Assembly: GCA_035294265.1 (NCBI GenBank)
Contig: DATGLK010000095.1
Span: 64,326 to 128,325, forward strand
Direction of reading: 5' to 3'
From: Candidatus Binataceae bacterium
GTDB lineage: Bacteria; Desulfobacterota; Binatia; Binatales; Binataceae
DNA: 64,000 bases
Part shown: in pieces, positions 38,396 to 48,779 of the stretch
How the letters are laid out: each line of letters starts with the position of its first letter
Position numbering within the stretch: position 1 is the first letter of the stretch
The notes under the pieces: generated by a model
The model's database searches: none
Told to the model about the DNA's origin: nothing
Seen by the model: the letters and a program-made list of their open reading frames with translations, nothing else
Program-made: the position numbers and the translations under genes

Positions 38396-39382
38396 GGACC
38401 ATTGATCCACGGCGTTCACGGGCCGCGTCGGATTCACCTGCTACAGATTGTTCATGGCGTCGCTCGAACTCTCGCAATTCTAGCGACCATTACGGTTTGG
38501 TTTGCGCCACTGGCTGCGGCGGGACCGCCCCTTGCGACCGCCGGACCAATTACGTTCTTCACCACGCTTCCGGTTACCATCGGGGGTTTGTTCCTATTGG
38601 ACATCACCAACCCGGCTGGTGCTACTGCGAATTCCGCCATCCAACAGGGACATGGGTTTTCGCTGGGCGAGACCCTCGATATCGGATACGGCGTTACGCC
38701 GAAGCTCCAACTGTTCGCGCTGATACCGTGGTTCGTGCACAAGTCACTCGCTCAAACCGCGTCCAACGGGACTCATACGAGCTCCGGATCTAACGGCTTC
38801 GGCGACACGCTGTTCCTGGCGCGGTATACGCTGATCGGCTTCGAGCACGCGGAATCCGCACTCCGCATCGCGCCTATCGCGGGCCTCAAAACGCCCACGG
38901 TGATAAGCGATACAGGGTTCAGCAAAATTCCGCGCCCGCTCCAGCCGGGATCGGGAACGTGGGATCCGTTGTTCGGCCTGACGCTCGTCTGGCAGACGCT
39001 GGATTGGGAGTTCGATGCGGACGCCGGCTATCGCATTAACACCACGGCTGGACACTTCCGTTTCGGTAACCAAGTGTTCGCCGACGGATCAGTTCAGTAC
39101 CGTCTGTGGCCCTTTCAAATCGGAGCCGGCAACCCAGGCTTCATCTACGCGACGCTCGACAGCAACTTCTTCGGACAAGGTAAGAACCGGGTCAACGGAC
39201 GCGCCGATCCGGATTCCGGCGGTTTGCTCTGGTTTTTGGATCCAGGAGTCCAGTATGTTACCGAGCGCTACGCGTTGAAGGCCGCGGCACAACTGCCGGC
39301 GCTCGAAGCCCCCAACGGCAGCGCTCCGTCGCCGGACTATGCTGTGTTTGTCTGCCTGCGCTTGAACCTCTCGTTGCCCTGA
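38396..39382 (+). CDS. Secreted hypothetical protein, outer-membrane beta-barrel-like (start codon unresolved)
   Basis: Signal-like ARTLAILATITVWFAPLAAAGPP; alternating amphipathic beta-strand pattern; a 166-bp piece of this gene is duplicated at 43570-43735. Confidence 0.4.
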   Translation, partial: GPLIHGVHGPRRIHLLQIVHGVARTLAILATITVWFAPLAAAGPPLATAGPITFFTTLPVTIGGLFLLDITNPAGATANSAIQQGHGFSLGETLDIGYGVTPKLQLFALIPWFVHKSLAQTASNGTHTSSGSNGFGDTLFLARYTLIGFEHAESALRIAPIAGLKTPTVISDTGFSKIPRPLQPGSGTWDPLFGLTLVWQTLDWEFDADAGYRINTTAGHFRFGNQVFADGSVQYRLWPFQIGAGNPGFIYATLDSNFFGQGKNRVNGRADPDSGGLLWFLDPGVQYVTERYALKAAAQLPALEAPNGSAPSPDYAVFVCLRLNLSLP

Positions 39383-39830
39383 CCCCCCTTCCGATAAAGG
39401 TTCCATCAGTTCGCTCGCCACGCGTCCTTTGCGCCGTCCATGCTCCTAGCTGGGTTTGCCTGCTGGCCGGTCTTCCAGTTCGAGACCATCCAGAATCGGA
39501 AACGTATCGATCGTACCGCCCTTCGCACAAGTCGCCATCAGGCGCGTTAGAGTCTTCTTCGTAGCCAGCTTCTATTTTTTCGTCGAGGCTTCTGATCTTT
39601 TCCTCGGCTTGCGCCCGCACGGGCTTGCTTCGAGTTTCGAATCTGGTTGTAGCTCCCGAAGTTCTTGATCTCGTTCAGCGAAAAGCCGAAGGCCTGAACA
39701 CGACGCTTCTAATCCGCGCCCCAGTCAAGACGTGGCATCACCGCGATCCATACGATGGCGCTGATTAAAACCGCGACTCCGTCTGTAGTGAGGATTTCTG
39801 CAATAAAATGTCGTATTGGAGAGAGGCTCT

Positions 39831-40661
39831 CTAATACCAAACGCGTGTGCCGAAGATGAAGCGAGGATCGTTGACGATTCCGCCTTCTTCGCGCGTAAAC
39901 CGAGCAGTCTCGCCGAATGTCTGGGTGTAAGCGAAGCCGATGTAGGGCGCGAACTTGCGGCTAATTTCGTAACGGATGCGCACTCCCGTATCGAGATCCG
40001 AGAGCCCCGAACCGATACCGCGACTCGGATCATTTGTGTTGTAGAAATTGACTTCGAACTCGGGCTGCATAATCAGCCGATTGGTGAGCAGCAGGTCGTA
40101 CCATCCGGTGACTTTTCCGGCGAAGCGGCCCCGGTCGCTGAAGTAGAAGGTCGGCGCGAATTCGAAAAAATACGGAGCCAGTCCCTCGATTCCGACCGCG
40201 CCCCACGTCATTCCAGGATTTGAGTCAAGGTCGTAACGAACTCCGGCCTGGAAATCGAAGTATCTGAGATAGGGTATCGGTCGGTCATAGAGCGCCTCGG
40301 TGTCGCCATCGGTGGCTACGCCGTGTTCAGCAAAGCCTTCGGATTTGAACCACAGTTTGTTCATGTCCGTCCCGATCCAACCCTCGCCATCCCAACGAAA
40401 TTCATTGTCTGGACCGTTAGTGCGCCCTTCGAGCTGATCGAAGAGGATATGTCCGAAAATCTGATTGTCCATCACCGGAGGTTCCTCTTCTTCCGGACTT
40501 GTAACGCCGGAATTTTGAGTGGTTGTGGCGGTCGATTGCGCATTCGTGACCGAAGGCGCTAAAGCAATCAAACCGACAAGGACGAGGATGAGCATCAAGG
40601 CAGATGCCGAAGCCGAATCGAATTCCGCGGTGCTCTCTCGCCCGGCTGTCGTCGTCCTCAT
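39831..40661 (-). CDS. copB: Copper resistance protein B (CopB/PcoB outer membrane protein)
   Basis: Start at internal Met overlapping copA stop (ATGA); signal peptide, Met/acidic-rich N-terminal region, C-terminal beta-barrel ending ...FIFGTRVWY. Confidence 0.75.
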   Translation of the reverse strand: MRTTTAGRESTAEFDSASASALMLILVLVGLIALAPSVTNAQSTATTTQNSGVTSPEEEEPPVMDNQIFGHILFDQLEGRTNGPDNEFRWDGEGWIGTDMNKLWFKSEGFAEHGVATDGDTEALYDRPIPYLRYFDFQAGVRYDLDSNPGMTWGAVGIEGLAPYFFEFAPTFYFSDRGRFAGKVTGWYDLLLTNRLIMQPEFEVNFYNTNDPSRGIGSGLSDLDTGVRIRYEISRKFAPYIGFAYTQTFGETARFTREEGGIVNDPRFIFGTRVWY

Positions 40662-42625
40662 GACACGATCACCGTGCGGAACATGCCAGCCTCCATGTGA
40701 TAGAGCAGGTGGCAGTGATAAGCCCACTTACCCGGCGTGTCGGCGCTGACCAAATAGCTAAGCCGTTCGCCCGGCTTGACATTGATCGTGTGTTTGTAAG
40801 GGCGCCACTCGCCGTTGCCGTTTTCCAGCTCACTCCAGAGCCCGTGGAGATGGATCGGATGCTCCATCATGGTGTCGTTTACGAGGATGATGCGTACCCG
40901 TTCTCCCAGCTTCAACCTGATCGGCTCGGCGCTGGAGAATTTCTCGCCGTTGAACCCCCAGATGAACCGTTCCATGTTGCCGGTTAGATGCAGCTCGATC
41001 TCGCGATTGGGGGGCCGCAGATCGGTCCCGCGGTAACGGGCGCGCAAGTCAGCATAGGTCAGTACGCGACGACCGTTGTCATCCAGTCCGTTCCCAGGCT
41101 CGGCGAGCCGCTCCGTCGGCCTCATCGCGACGTTGTCCACTTGTGGACCCTCACGCAGCGTAATTGGCTTGGGCGGTGTCGGCTTTCCAGCGATCGCCGG
41201 GACCGACGGACGGGTCGTGTTAGGGCTCGGCTGCGGGAAGGGCACCTCCCCATAGCCGTCGCGCCTAGCATTGACTGTTCCCACTGCCGACGGCGTCGAG
41301 GGTGGTTTGGCCTCCATCTTCATCCTAGGCCTGTCGCCCATCGCCATGCCCGACATGTTTCCCAGCCCCATGTCCACCATCGTGAGCAGCGGGCGGGGAT
41401 CCATTGGTGGCACCGGAGCGGTCAAGCCGCGTCGCGGCGTCAGCGTTGCGCGCGCGTAGCCGGTGCGATCCTCCGACTGCGCGAAGATCGTGAAGGCCGA
41501 CGCATCTGGGGGCTGCACGATCACGTCGTACGTTTCGGCGACGGAGATTCTGAATTCGTCGACGATGACCGGCTCGATATCATTGCCATCGGTTTGCACC
41601 ACCGTCATCGGCAAGCCCGGGATCCGCACGTCAAAGATGGTCATCGAGGAGCCGTTGATGAAGCGCAGCCGCACGCGCTCGCGCGGCTGAAAAAGTGCCG
41701 TCCAGTTGGCGGCTGGCGGCTGTCCGTTTATCAGGTACGTGTAAGTCGCTCCGCTCACGTCCAAAATATCCGTGGGGTTCATGTTCATGCGGCCCCACAT
41801 CAGGCGGTCTGATATCGTCGCGCGGAGACCTTCTTTGCGAACATCGGAGAAAAAGGTGCCGACGGTGCGCTGATGGTAATTGTAGTAGTCGCTCTGCTGC
41901 TTGAGATTGCTGAAGACGGCCTCAGGGTCTTCATCCGTCCAGTCCGAGAGCAGGATCACGTACTCGCGGTCGTACTCGATCGGATCCTCGACCTGAGGAT
42001 CTATAATGATCCCGCCGTATAGTCCGGTTTGCTCCTGAAAGCGGCTGTGGCTGTGGTACCAGTAGGTGCCGTGCTGCTTGACTGGGAAGCGGTAAACGAA
42101 GGTTTCGTTTCGCGCGATTCCCGCAAAGCTTAGACCGGGGACGCCATCCATGTCCGATGGTATCCGGAAGCCGTGCCAATGAATCGACGTGTCGACCGGT
42201 AGGTGGTTCGCGACCGAGATGGTTACCGTGTCGCCTTCCCGCATGCGCAGTATTGGCCCCGGTACGAAACCGTTGACCGCAGTGGCAACAGACGGACGAC
42301 CAGTGAAATTCACCGGGGTTTGCTCGACAACGAGATCGAAGCTGTTGCCGGAAAGCAACGGTGGCCCGCTGGCGGTTTTCTGTGCCAGGGCGGGCAATCT
42401 TGACAGGTCCAGGCTCGCGATCACTCCGCCGGCGAGCACTCCTTGAACGAAGCGCCGGCGGGTGATTCCTCGGGAAACCCGATCGCGGCTTCCGCGGGAC
42501 GCCGACAGGAGTCCGTCGCTAATAGTGTCAAATGACGTCAGACGGACCTCCAATCTCGATTGAGCAACCAGCGTGAGGGCGGGCTTGTGTTCGCACCCGC
42601 CGACGCCGAATTTCGTCCGAGGCAA
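40658..42625 (-). CDS. copA: Copper resistance multicopper oxidase CopA/PcoA
   Basis: 655 aa; Tat motif RRRFVQGVLAGG; cupredoxin copper ligands HWHG, HSH, HCHLLYHMEAGMF; Met-rich loop; N-terminal ~55 codons overlap a transposase remnant so true start uncertain. Confidence 0.8.
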   Translation of the reverse strand: MPRTKFGVGGCEHKPALTLVAQSRLEVRLTSFDTISDGLLSASRGSRDRVSRGITRRRFVQGVLAGGVIASLDLSRLPALAQKTASGPPLLSGNSFDLVVEQTPVNFTGRPSVATAVNGFVPGPILRMREGDTVTISVANHLPVDTSIHWHGFRIPSDMDGVPGLSFAGIARNETFVYRFPVKQHGTYWYHSHSRFQEQTGLYGGIIIDPQVEDPIEYDREYVILLSDWTDEDPEAVFSNLKQQSDYYNYHQRTVGTFFSDVRKEGLRATISDRLMWGRMNMNPTDILDVSGATYTYLINGQPPAANWTALFQPRERVRLRFINGSSMTIFDVRIPGLPMTVVQTDGNDIEPVIVDEFRISVAETYDVIVQPPDASAFTIFAQSEDRTGYARATLTPRRGLTAPVPPMDPRPLLTMVDMGLGNMSGMAMGDRPRMKMEAKPPSTPSAVGTVNARRDGYGEVPFPQPSPNTTRPSVPAIAGKPTPPKPITLREGPQVDNVAMRPTERLAEPGNGLDDNGRRVLTYADLRARYRGTDLRPPNREIELHLTGNMERFIWGFNGEKFSSAEPIRLKLGERVRIILVNDTMMEHPIHLHGLWSELENGNGEWRPYKHTINVKPGERLSYLVSADTPGKWAYHCHLLYHMEAGMFRTVIVS

Positions 42626-43181
42626 ACGTGGTCAGATCGAATTGCGGTGCCGTGTGATCCGATGATCGTGCAGTTCGCGCACAAAACTCCTTGGCGTCGT
42701 AACCCTTGTCCGCTCCTAGCGCGACGCACCTAAAGCCGGGAATCTCCTCCACTATTGCCAACGTCGAGCGCCGTTCGGCGTGACCATCGGCCTCAGTTAG
42801 CCGAGCGTTCACCACCGGGCCGTTGCGATTCTCCATTAGCAAGTGGCCGAGATAGCAGAGCCTGGCTTCCTGCCCTGCAAACTTCTTGTACAGCCGAGCT
42901 TGCGGGTCGCGGTCGATTGATGGGTCGCATTGGAACGCCGTTTCGCCGCAGAAGTCGATGCCGGGACTACCCGGAATGTCCGGCGGAGGCGTCGGCCCAC
43001 CATGCTTGCGCTGAAAGCTCTGGTGCCCGGCCCAGGCCTCGATCAGAGTGCCATCCACGGTGAAGTGCTCGGCCGAGATCAGGCCTTGTGCGCGAGCCTG
43101 CCTGGCCAAGAGCAGCTGTAAAAGCAGTCCACGCAGCAGCTCCTCCGGCGCGATCGAAGGCGGTCCCTCTTTCGCGTACAT
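42528..43181 (-). pseudogene. IS5-family DDE transposase remnant (internally deleted, C-terminally truncated)
   Basis: LLRGLLLQ...FTVDGTLIEAWAGHQSFQRK...DPQARLYKK...YLGHLLMENRNGPVVNARLTEADGHAER...LGADKGYDAKEF blocks match IS5-group transposases but N-terminal HTH and the segment after KGYD are missing; adjacent lower-GC sequence to 43440. Confidence 0.55.
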
Positions 43182-43569
43182 CTCGTCGAACCGCGGTCAC
43201 AACTCGCGCAGCGCGGCATCGACCATGCTGCGAATCGCCCGCAAAGGATGATCCCTGGGCACCCGCCGCTCTGCCGATATGTAGCAGAACATCGAAGACT
43301 ACTGACGGTCCGTCCCACGCATCCCCGCCTTCTCCTCCTACAACGACCGCAGCCAAGTTACAACATTTTAAGTGAGAAAAGATCGCTTTTCCGCAACCTG
43401 TTAAAGGCAAAAACTTCAGAAACTTTCTGGCTATCATAGGCGGCACTGGACTGACCCATCAGCAAACACAGAACTTAACGGCAGCGCACCTTACTCGACT
43501 ACGGAGTGTTGGCGGTTGTTTGGCGAGCTTCAACGCGTAACCCGTTTACGTGCTGCCCTCGGAGTCGAG

Positions 43570-43735
43570 AAACCCAGCCGCACGAGGTCGGATCAGCACG
43601 CCCGTTGACCTGGTTCTTGCCTGGTTGGATGCAGATGCTGTCCGGCGTTGCATAGATGAAGCCGAGGTTGCCGTGGTGGTTCGTAAGCCCAATCGGGGGA
43701 GGGCGGCCTGGCGGACGACCGTTTGGGAGTCGGTA
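43570..43735 (-). pseudogene. Inverted duplicate fragment of the 38396..39382 gene (C-terminal part)
   Basis: Reverse complement reads ggcaacctcggcttcatctatgcaacgccggacagc...caggcaagaaccaggtcaacgggcg, ~80% identical to 39128-39200 (GNPGFIYATLDS...GKNRVNGRADP). Confidence 0.4.
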
Positions 43736-44102
43736 GACCTGGGCAGTCTGTCCGTCGGTGACCATACTCGAGAGCGGAATTGGCTTGGGGTAGCCGCGCG
43801 GCTGCCCGCGGCGGGAGCGCTCCTCGCGACCGTGGGTTGGAATTTCCGCTCTGAATTTAAAGCCGCACGGGACCGAACACTGTCCCTCCGTTCCCGATCC
43901 AGCCTCCAAAGGCAGGCCAGCCGCAATGACCTAGGCGGAGCCTCCCGAAATTGGTTTCAGCGCCAAGTTGCAACGGGCGCAATCAATTGGTTCTATGCAT
44001 ACGTTGGTTAACCGGAGCGCCGAAGGTCGAACGCACTATCGGTTGGCGTCGGCTAAGCCTGACACTGTGCTACGCTGGTTGAGAATCGAAGGAGGCGAGG
44101 TT

Positions 44103-44414
44103 ATGGCTGGAAGATTCGTCTTGGCGAGCAGGATCGCGATTGTGGCGGTGATGATCGTCATGGCCGGAATGACCGGCCGGGCGCTGGCCGGCGAAAAAGT
44201 TTGCCCGCTTCAGGTCAAGGGGATGCAATGCTCGATGTGCGCGGGGTCAGTAGCGGCCGCGCTCAAGTCGGTGCCGGGCGTCAAAAGCGCCAAAGTCGAT
44301 TACAAGACCGCCCGCGCCGATGTGATCGCGGACGATGCCGTCAAGCCAGACCAATTGGTCAGCGCGGTCAGAAAGGCCGGGTTCCAGGCCACGGCGCTGT
44401 CAGCCACAAAGTAA
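44103..44414 (+). CDS. merP: MerP-like periplasmic heavy-metal-binding protein (paralog 2)
   Basis: Signal/TM MAGRFVLASRIAIVAVMIVMAGMTGRALA; CPLQVKGMQCSMCAG nearly identical to 33721..34062 product. Confidence 0.6.
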   Translation: MAGRFVLASRIAIVAVMIVMAGMTGRALAGEKVCPLQVKGMQCSMCAGSVAAALKSVPGVKSAKVDYKTARADVIADDAVKPDQLVSAVRKAGFQATALSATK

Positions 44415-44513
44415 GAGCGCCATCCTGCCCGACTAGCTAGCGCTTGCGCGGCCGAAATCTCTGAAGGGTCGGGCTGACGCGGCAGGATGCTATAATAAGC
44501 CAACGTTGGAGCG

Positions 44514-45275
44514 ATGACGTCCATGCCCATCCAGCCACAGTTTGCACCGCGCGCGTTGGAGGTGGCAGACCTCGGCCGGATCGAACCACATTACGCCAGA
44601 GTTCTCATTCGCTTGCTGGCCGCGCATGCGCTCGCCGAGCAGCTCACCGCCGAAGGCTACCAGCGCGTAAGCGGTACGCTGGAAGATCCGGAATTGCGGG
44701 CGGAGGCGGAGAAAAATCTGCGCGAAGAGGGTGAGCATGCCGCCTTGATTTACGGCTTGCTGGCCGATTTGGGGGTCGATCGCGCGCACGCCGATCGCGC
44801 GGTGATTGTGTTGCGCCGCGCGCCCTCCTTCGATGCGCCTCGCTACTTTGCCCAACAGGCGGCTGGCGACCTTGACCTTTTGATGGGCAGCCTCAGCCTG
44901 GATCTAACCGGGCTGCTGATGATTGGGATCAACTATCGCGAATCCAGCTACGCTCCGCATGCTCGCGCCGCCGACCTAATCTTGGAGGAAGAGGCCGAAC
45001 ATGACGTCTTTGGCGCTCGTGTACTGACCCAGGCGGTGGATCGCTTCGGGATCCCCTCGGTGGCCCAGGCGCTGCGCCGCTGGTGGCCGATGGCAATCAA
45101 CTTCTTTGGCCCGCCCGGGACGGGCTTCACTTTCGACTGCCTGCGCTTTGGCCTCAAGCAAAAGGACAATCAGGAGCTGGCCGGCCTGTTCGCCTCGATC
45201 ATGCAGCGCCGCCTGACGCAGTTTGGCCTGGAGCTGCCGCGCCTGAGCGCCGCTTATCCCTACACACTGGCCTGA
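44514..45275 (+). CDS. Ferritin-like diiron-carboxylate protein (PaaA/PaaC-like oxygenase subunit?)
   Basis: 253 aa; two E-x-x-H motifs (EEGEHAAL, EEEAEHDVF) ~100 aa apart in predicted helical protein. Confidence 0.4.
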   Translation: MTSMPIQPQFAPRALEVADLGRIEPHYARVLIRLLAAHALAEQLTAEGYQRVSGTLEDPELRAEAEKNLREEGEHAALIYGLLADLGVDRAHADRAVIVLRRAPSFDAPRYFAQQAAGDLDLLMGSLSLDLTGLLMIGINYRESSYAPHARAADLILEEEAEHDVFGARVLTQAVDRFGIPSVAQALRRWWPMAINFFGPPGTGFTFDCLRFGLKQKDNQELAGLFASIMQRRLTQFGLELPRLSAAYPYTLA

Positions 45276-45285
45276 GCCCACCCGT

Positions 45286-46485
45286 TCAGGGCGCGGGCGA
45301 CGCGGCTTTGACTTGAGCCTCGTTGAGGATTGTGCACAGACGCTGGGCGATTAGTTGGGCGGCCAGTCGATGGCCAGCCTCGTTCCAGTGACCGAAGCCC
45401 ATCTTGGTATTGCTGAAACCGTGCAGAAAGGTATGGCTGTGATCAGCATACTGCTGCATCGCGGGGGCCAGGTTGAGGACCTCAAACCCCTCGCGCTGGC
45501 CCAGCGCTGCCAGCCGCTGCTCGGGATAGAATAAATTAGCTACGCCCATACGCTGCATGTATGCGGCGCGCACGGCAGCGTCGGGATAGACCTGTATCCC
45601 GTTGCTCAAAGTAACCAGCAGGAAGCGGGCGCCGTGGCCTTTGACCTCGCGATTGATTTCCGCCACCTCCTGCTCGGCCACCGCCCAGGCATCGCGCCAG
45701 TGCGGGGTTGCGGGTGGACTGTAGGTGGTATCGTCCAGGCCCAGTTCCGAGCCCATAGGGTGAGGGGCAGAGGCCGCCGCTCGCCACATCCGGTAGCGCG
45801 CGCGCAGGCGGCTGCGCACGTCGCCGAGCAAGTTGAGCAGAGCCGAGCCCTGCGAATCGAAGCGGGCGGCGCATTGAGCCCGAAAGACCGCCGAGTTGGA
45901 AAAATCGCCGGTGGGAACCAGCTCGTCATCATCCAGTGTAAAGAAGGGCTGGCATTTGTCACCCTCCAGGATGGCGGAATCGTTGCGCACGTCGTTCCCG
46001 GTGCAAAAGGCTAGCACCACTACGTCGGGGTGGTAGCGCCACACCTGCGTGCGCAGGGTCATCAACTCCTGGCCGGTGCCATAGCTATCGCAGCCGAAGT
46101 TGAGGGTTTCTACCGTGCGTCCATGGAGCGCCGGGCAGTTTTTCAAGTCGGGTTGGAGCAGGGCGCAGAAGGTATCTGCCTGGGGCACCTGCTGAGCTTC
46201 GGTGAAGGAGTCGCCCAAGACCGCGATGCGCAGCGTGCCCGGTGGCTTTTGCAAAGCATGCTCGCGGTCGCGCATCCCAGCGTTGTTGATCGCAACCCAG
46301 GCGCGGCCCTCCTCGCTCTGCCAGCCACTGGCGCCCGGGCGCAGGCTCCAACCGGTTGCGCGATTGTAAACGAAAAAGCCCGGCCGCCCCAGCCCTAGCA
46401 TCCGCACCGCAGCCTCGGCCACGGCCAAGCCCACAACCAGACCGAACACGACTAAGAGCAGATTGGCGGCTATCCTACGCAGCAT
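45286..46485 (-). CDS. SGNH/GDSL hydrolase family protein (AlgX/DltD-like), membrane anchored
   Basis: Start at internal Met MLRRIAANLLLVVFGLVVGLAVA; GDS motif IAVLGDSFTE; ORF track extends further upstream across helicase gene end. Confidence 0.55.
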   Translation of the reverse strand: MLRRIAANLLLVVFGLVVGLAVAEAAVRMLGLGRPGFFVYNRATGWSLRPGASGWQSEEGRAWVAINNAGMRDREHALQKPPGTLRIAVLGDSFTEAQQVPQADTFCALLQPDLKNCPALHGRTVETLNFGCDSYGTGQELMTLRTQVWRYHPDVVVLAFCTGNDVRNDSAILEGDKCQPFFTLDDDELVPTGDFSNSAVFRAQCAARFDSQGSALLNLLGDVRSRLRARYRMWRAAASAPHPMGSELGLDDTTYSPPATPHWRDAWAVAEQEVAEINREVKGHGARFLLVTLSNGIQVYPDAAVRAAYMQRMGVANLFYPEQRLAALGQREGFEVLNLAPAMQQYADHSHTFLHGFSNTKMGFGHWNEAGHRLAAQLIAQRLCTILNEAQVKAASPAP

Positions 46486-46505
46486 TGATTCAACCGAGTG
46501 GGGGT

Positions 46506-48485
46506 TCAGAATTCCTCTTCCAGTCGTGCTACGGGCAAGATTTCGGGCTTCAAGTCCTGCAAGAAGCGCGAGACCTGGCCGGACACGTAGCCTTGCGCGC
46601 GGTCGAACATCTGTACCGGATAGCTGATGTAAAGCTCGTCGCGCGCCCGTGTGCTGGCCACGTACATCAGCCGGCGTTCTTCTTCCAGCGATGGCACGTC
46701 CTCGGTGCTGCGTAAGGCGGGGAAGCGGCCGTCGGCGGCCCAGATGATGAACACCACCTGCCATTCCAACCCTTTGGCGGAATGGATAGTGCTCAGCGTG
46801 ACATACTCGTCAACTCCGGCTTCGGGTGCCAGCACGTCGCCAATCGAATCGCTGGGCGGCTCCAGCGCCATGTCGGCAAGCAGGCTTTGCAGCGAGCGAT
46901 AGCGCTGGGCGATGGCGCAGAAATGTTCCAGGTCGCGCTCACGCTTGGGGTAGTCGTCGGGATGGGCGTCGCGCATCAAGGGTAGGTAGTATTCGAGTAC
47001 CAGCGCCAGTTGCGCGGGCGGGGTGGCGGGTGCGCGCAAGGAGCCCAGCAACTCGGCCAGCGCGCGCAATGCGCTGCCGTTGGCGCGCGCCCGCGCCGCC
47101 TGCTCCATTAAAACCGCTTCGGGTTGGGCCGCGCCAGCCAACCGATCGACCATCGCTTCGGCCGTACGCGGGCCGATCCCCTTGATTAAGAGCAAAACCC
47201 GCAGCCAGGAAGCGGCATCGGCCCCATTGACCGCTACCCGCAGATGGGCCAAGGCGTCCTTGATGTGGGCGGTTTCCACGAATTTGAAGCCGCCCCGCTT
47301 GATGAACGGGATATCCAGGCGCGCTAGCTCCAATTCCAGATCGAAGGCGTGGAAACTGGAACGAAATAACACCGCGATTTCATTTAGGCTGATTCCCTGT
47401 TCGCGCAATTCGAGGATACGCTGGGCGACAAAGCGCGATTGCAGATGTTCGTCCTCGGCCCGCACTAGCAGTGGGCGCAACTCGCCGGGGCGGCGACTGA
47501 ACAGGGCCTTGGTGTATTTTTCGCTGGCGCCCGCGATCAATTCGTTGGCCAAATCGAGGATGCCATGCAGAGAGCGATAATTTTCTTCGAGTTTGATGAT
47601 GCGAGTGCCGGGAAAAAGCTTGGGGAAATCCATGATGTTGCGAAAGTTGGCGCCGCGGAAGGAATAGATCGACTGCGCGTCGTCGCCCACCGCCATCACG
47701 TTGTCGTGGCTGGCCGCCAGCAAACGTACCAGCCGGGCCTGAATCGGATTGGTGTCCTGGTACTCGTCCACCATTATGTAGCGACAGGCGCGCGAAAGCT
47801 GCTGCTGGCGTTCGGGATGGTGCTCCAGCAGCTCGGCCAGGCGATAGAGCAGGTCGTCGTAATCCAGCAGACCGCGCTCGCGCTTGTAGCGATCGTAGGC
47901 TTGCGCGAGCGCCGTGATCTCGTCGAGCTGATCGATTAGAAAGGGGTAGTCCGCCTCGACTTCTTCGCGTAGCTCGCGCGCCTTGTTGCGCGCCATGCTG
48001 ATGATTTCGGCAAGCGCGCTTTTTTTGGGGAAGCGCCGCTCGCGCGCCGCCAGCCCCATCCGGGTGCGCAGCAGGTTTATGACGTCTTCCATGTCGCCGC
48101 GGTCCAGGATGGTGAAGTTGGAGTTGAGCCCCAGCGCGCCGCCGTGGCGGCGCAGGGTCAGGTTGGCGAAGGAATGAAAGGTGCCACCGGCAACGGCGCG
48201 TGCGCTCTGGCCCACCAGCAGCTCGGCCCGCCGCAGCATCTCCTGCGCCGCACGCCGAGTGAAGGTCAACAACAGAATCGCGCCTGCGGGCACGCCGCTT
48301 TCGATCAGATGAGCGAGGCGATAGATCAGCGTGCGAGTCTTGCCCGATCCGGCCCCCGCCACCACCAGCAACGGCCCCTCACGATGCATCGCGGCGGCCA
48401 GTTGCGCCGGATTGAGCACTTCGGCATATTTGCTCGCCGCGTTGGGCGCGGGCGAGGGGCGCAAAACAATTACGTTATCGCTCAA
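46506..48485 (-). CDS. ATP-dependent DNA helicase, UvrD/PcrA/Rep family
   Basis: 659 aa; Walker A AGAGSGKTRT, motifs Ia-VI of SF1 helicases (TFHSFA, DEYQDTN, VGDDAQSIYSFRGA, TIHSAKGLEW, VASTRAR). Confidence 0.85.
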   Translation of the reverse strand: MSDNVIVLRPSPAPNAASKYAEVLNPAQLAAAMHREGPLLVVAGAGSGKTRTLIYRLAHLIESGVPAGAILLLTFTRRAAQEMLRRAELLVGQSARAVAGGTFHSFANLTLRRHGGALGLNSNFTILDRGDMEDVINLLRTRMGLAARERRFPKKSALAEIISMARNKARELREEVEADYPFLIDQLDEITALAQAYDRYKRERGLLDYDDLLYRLAELLEHHPERQQQLSRACRYIMVDEYQDTNPIQARLVRLLAASHDNVMAVGDDAQSIYSFRGANFRNIMDFPKLFPGTRIIKLEENYRSLHGILDLANELIAGASEKYTKALFSRRPGELRPLLVRAEDEHLQSRFVAQRILELREQGISLNEIAVLFRSSFHAFDLELELARLDIPFIKRGGFKFVETAHIKDALAHLRVAVNGADAASWLRVLLLIKGIGPRTAEAMVDRLAGAAQPEAVLMEQAARARANGSALRALAELLGSLRAPATPPAQLALVLEYYLPLMRDAHPDDYPKRERDLEHFCAIAQRYRSLQSLLADMALEPPSDSIGDVLAPEAGVDEYVTLSTIHSAKGLEWQVVFIIWAADGRFPALRSTEDVPSLEEERRLMYVASTRARDELYISYPVQMFDRAQGYVSGQVSRFLQDLKPEILPVARLEEEF

Positions 48486-48779
48486 GACGGACGGAATTGT
48501 AGCATGCGCGGGCGCGCGCTCCGACAGGCTGCTTCGCCAATTGAAATAGCCCCGAGGTTTCCCAATGACGCTTAAGCTCCAGCTACCGAGTGGGGCCGCC
48601 TGCGCGCGATCGACGCGACCGCGGTTTCCTCAACCGGGGTGCGCCCGTGACCAACAGCGCTGGGTGCGCAGGGCGGCCATCTAAGAATTGCTGATGAACG
48701 TGAGCTCTGGCGCTGTCAGCGGGACAGCTTGACTCGTTGGATTGCTTGAATTTAACGTGCGCGCTTACGGAGCATTGCG

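Noticed and set aside
42528-42700. Transposase ORF tail overlapping the copA 5' end as a real gene overlap
   Set aside because: Homology to IS5 transposases ends near the GADKGYD block; the remaining ~50 codons show no transposase similarity and are more likely chance read-through into copA upstream/leader sequence
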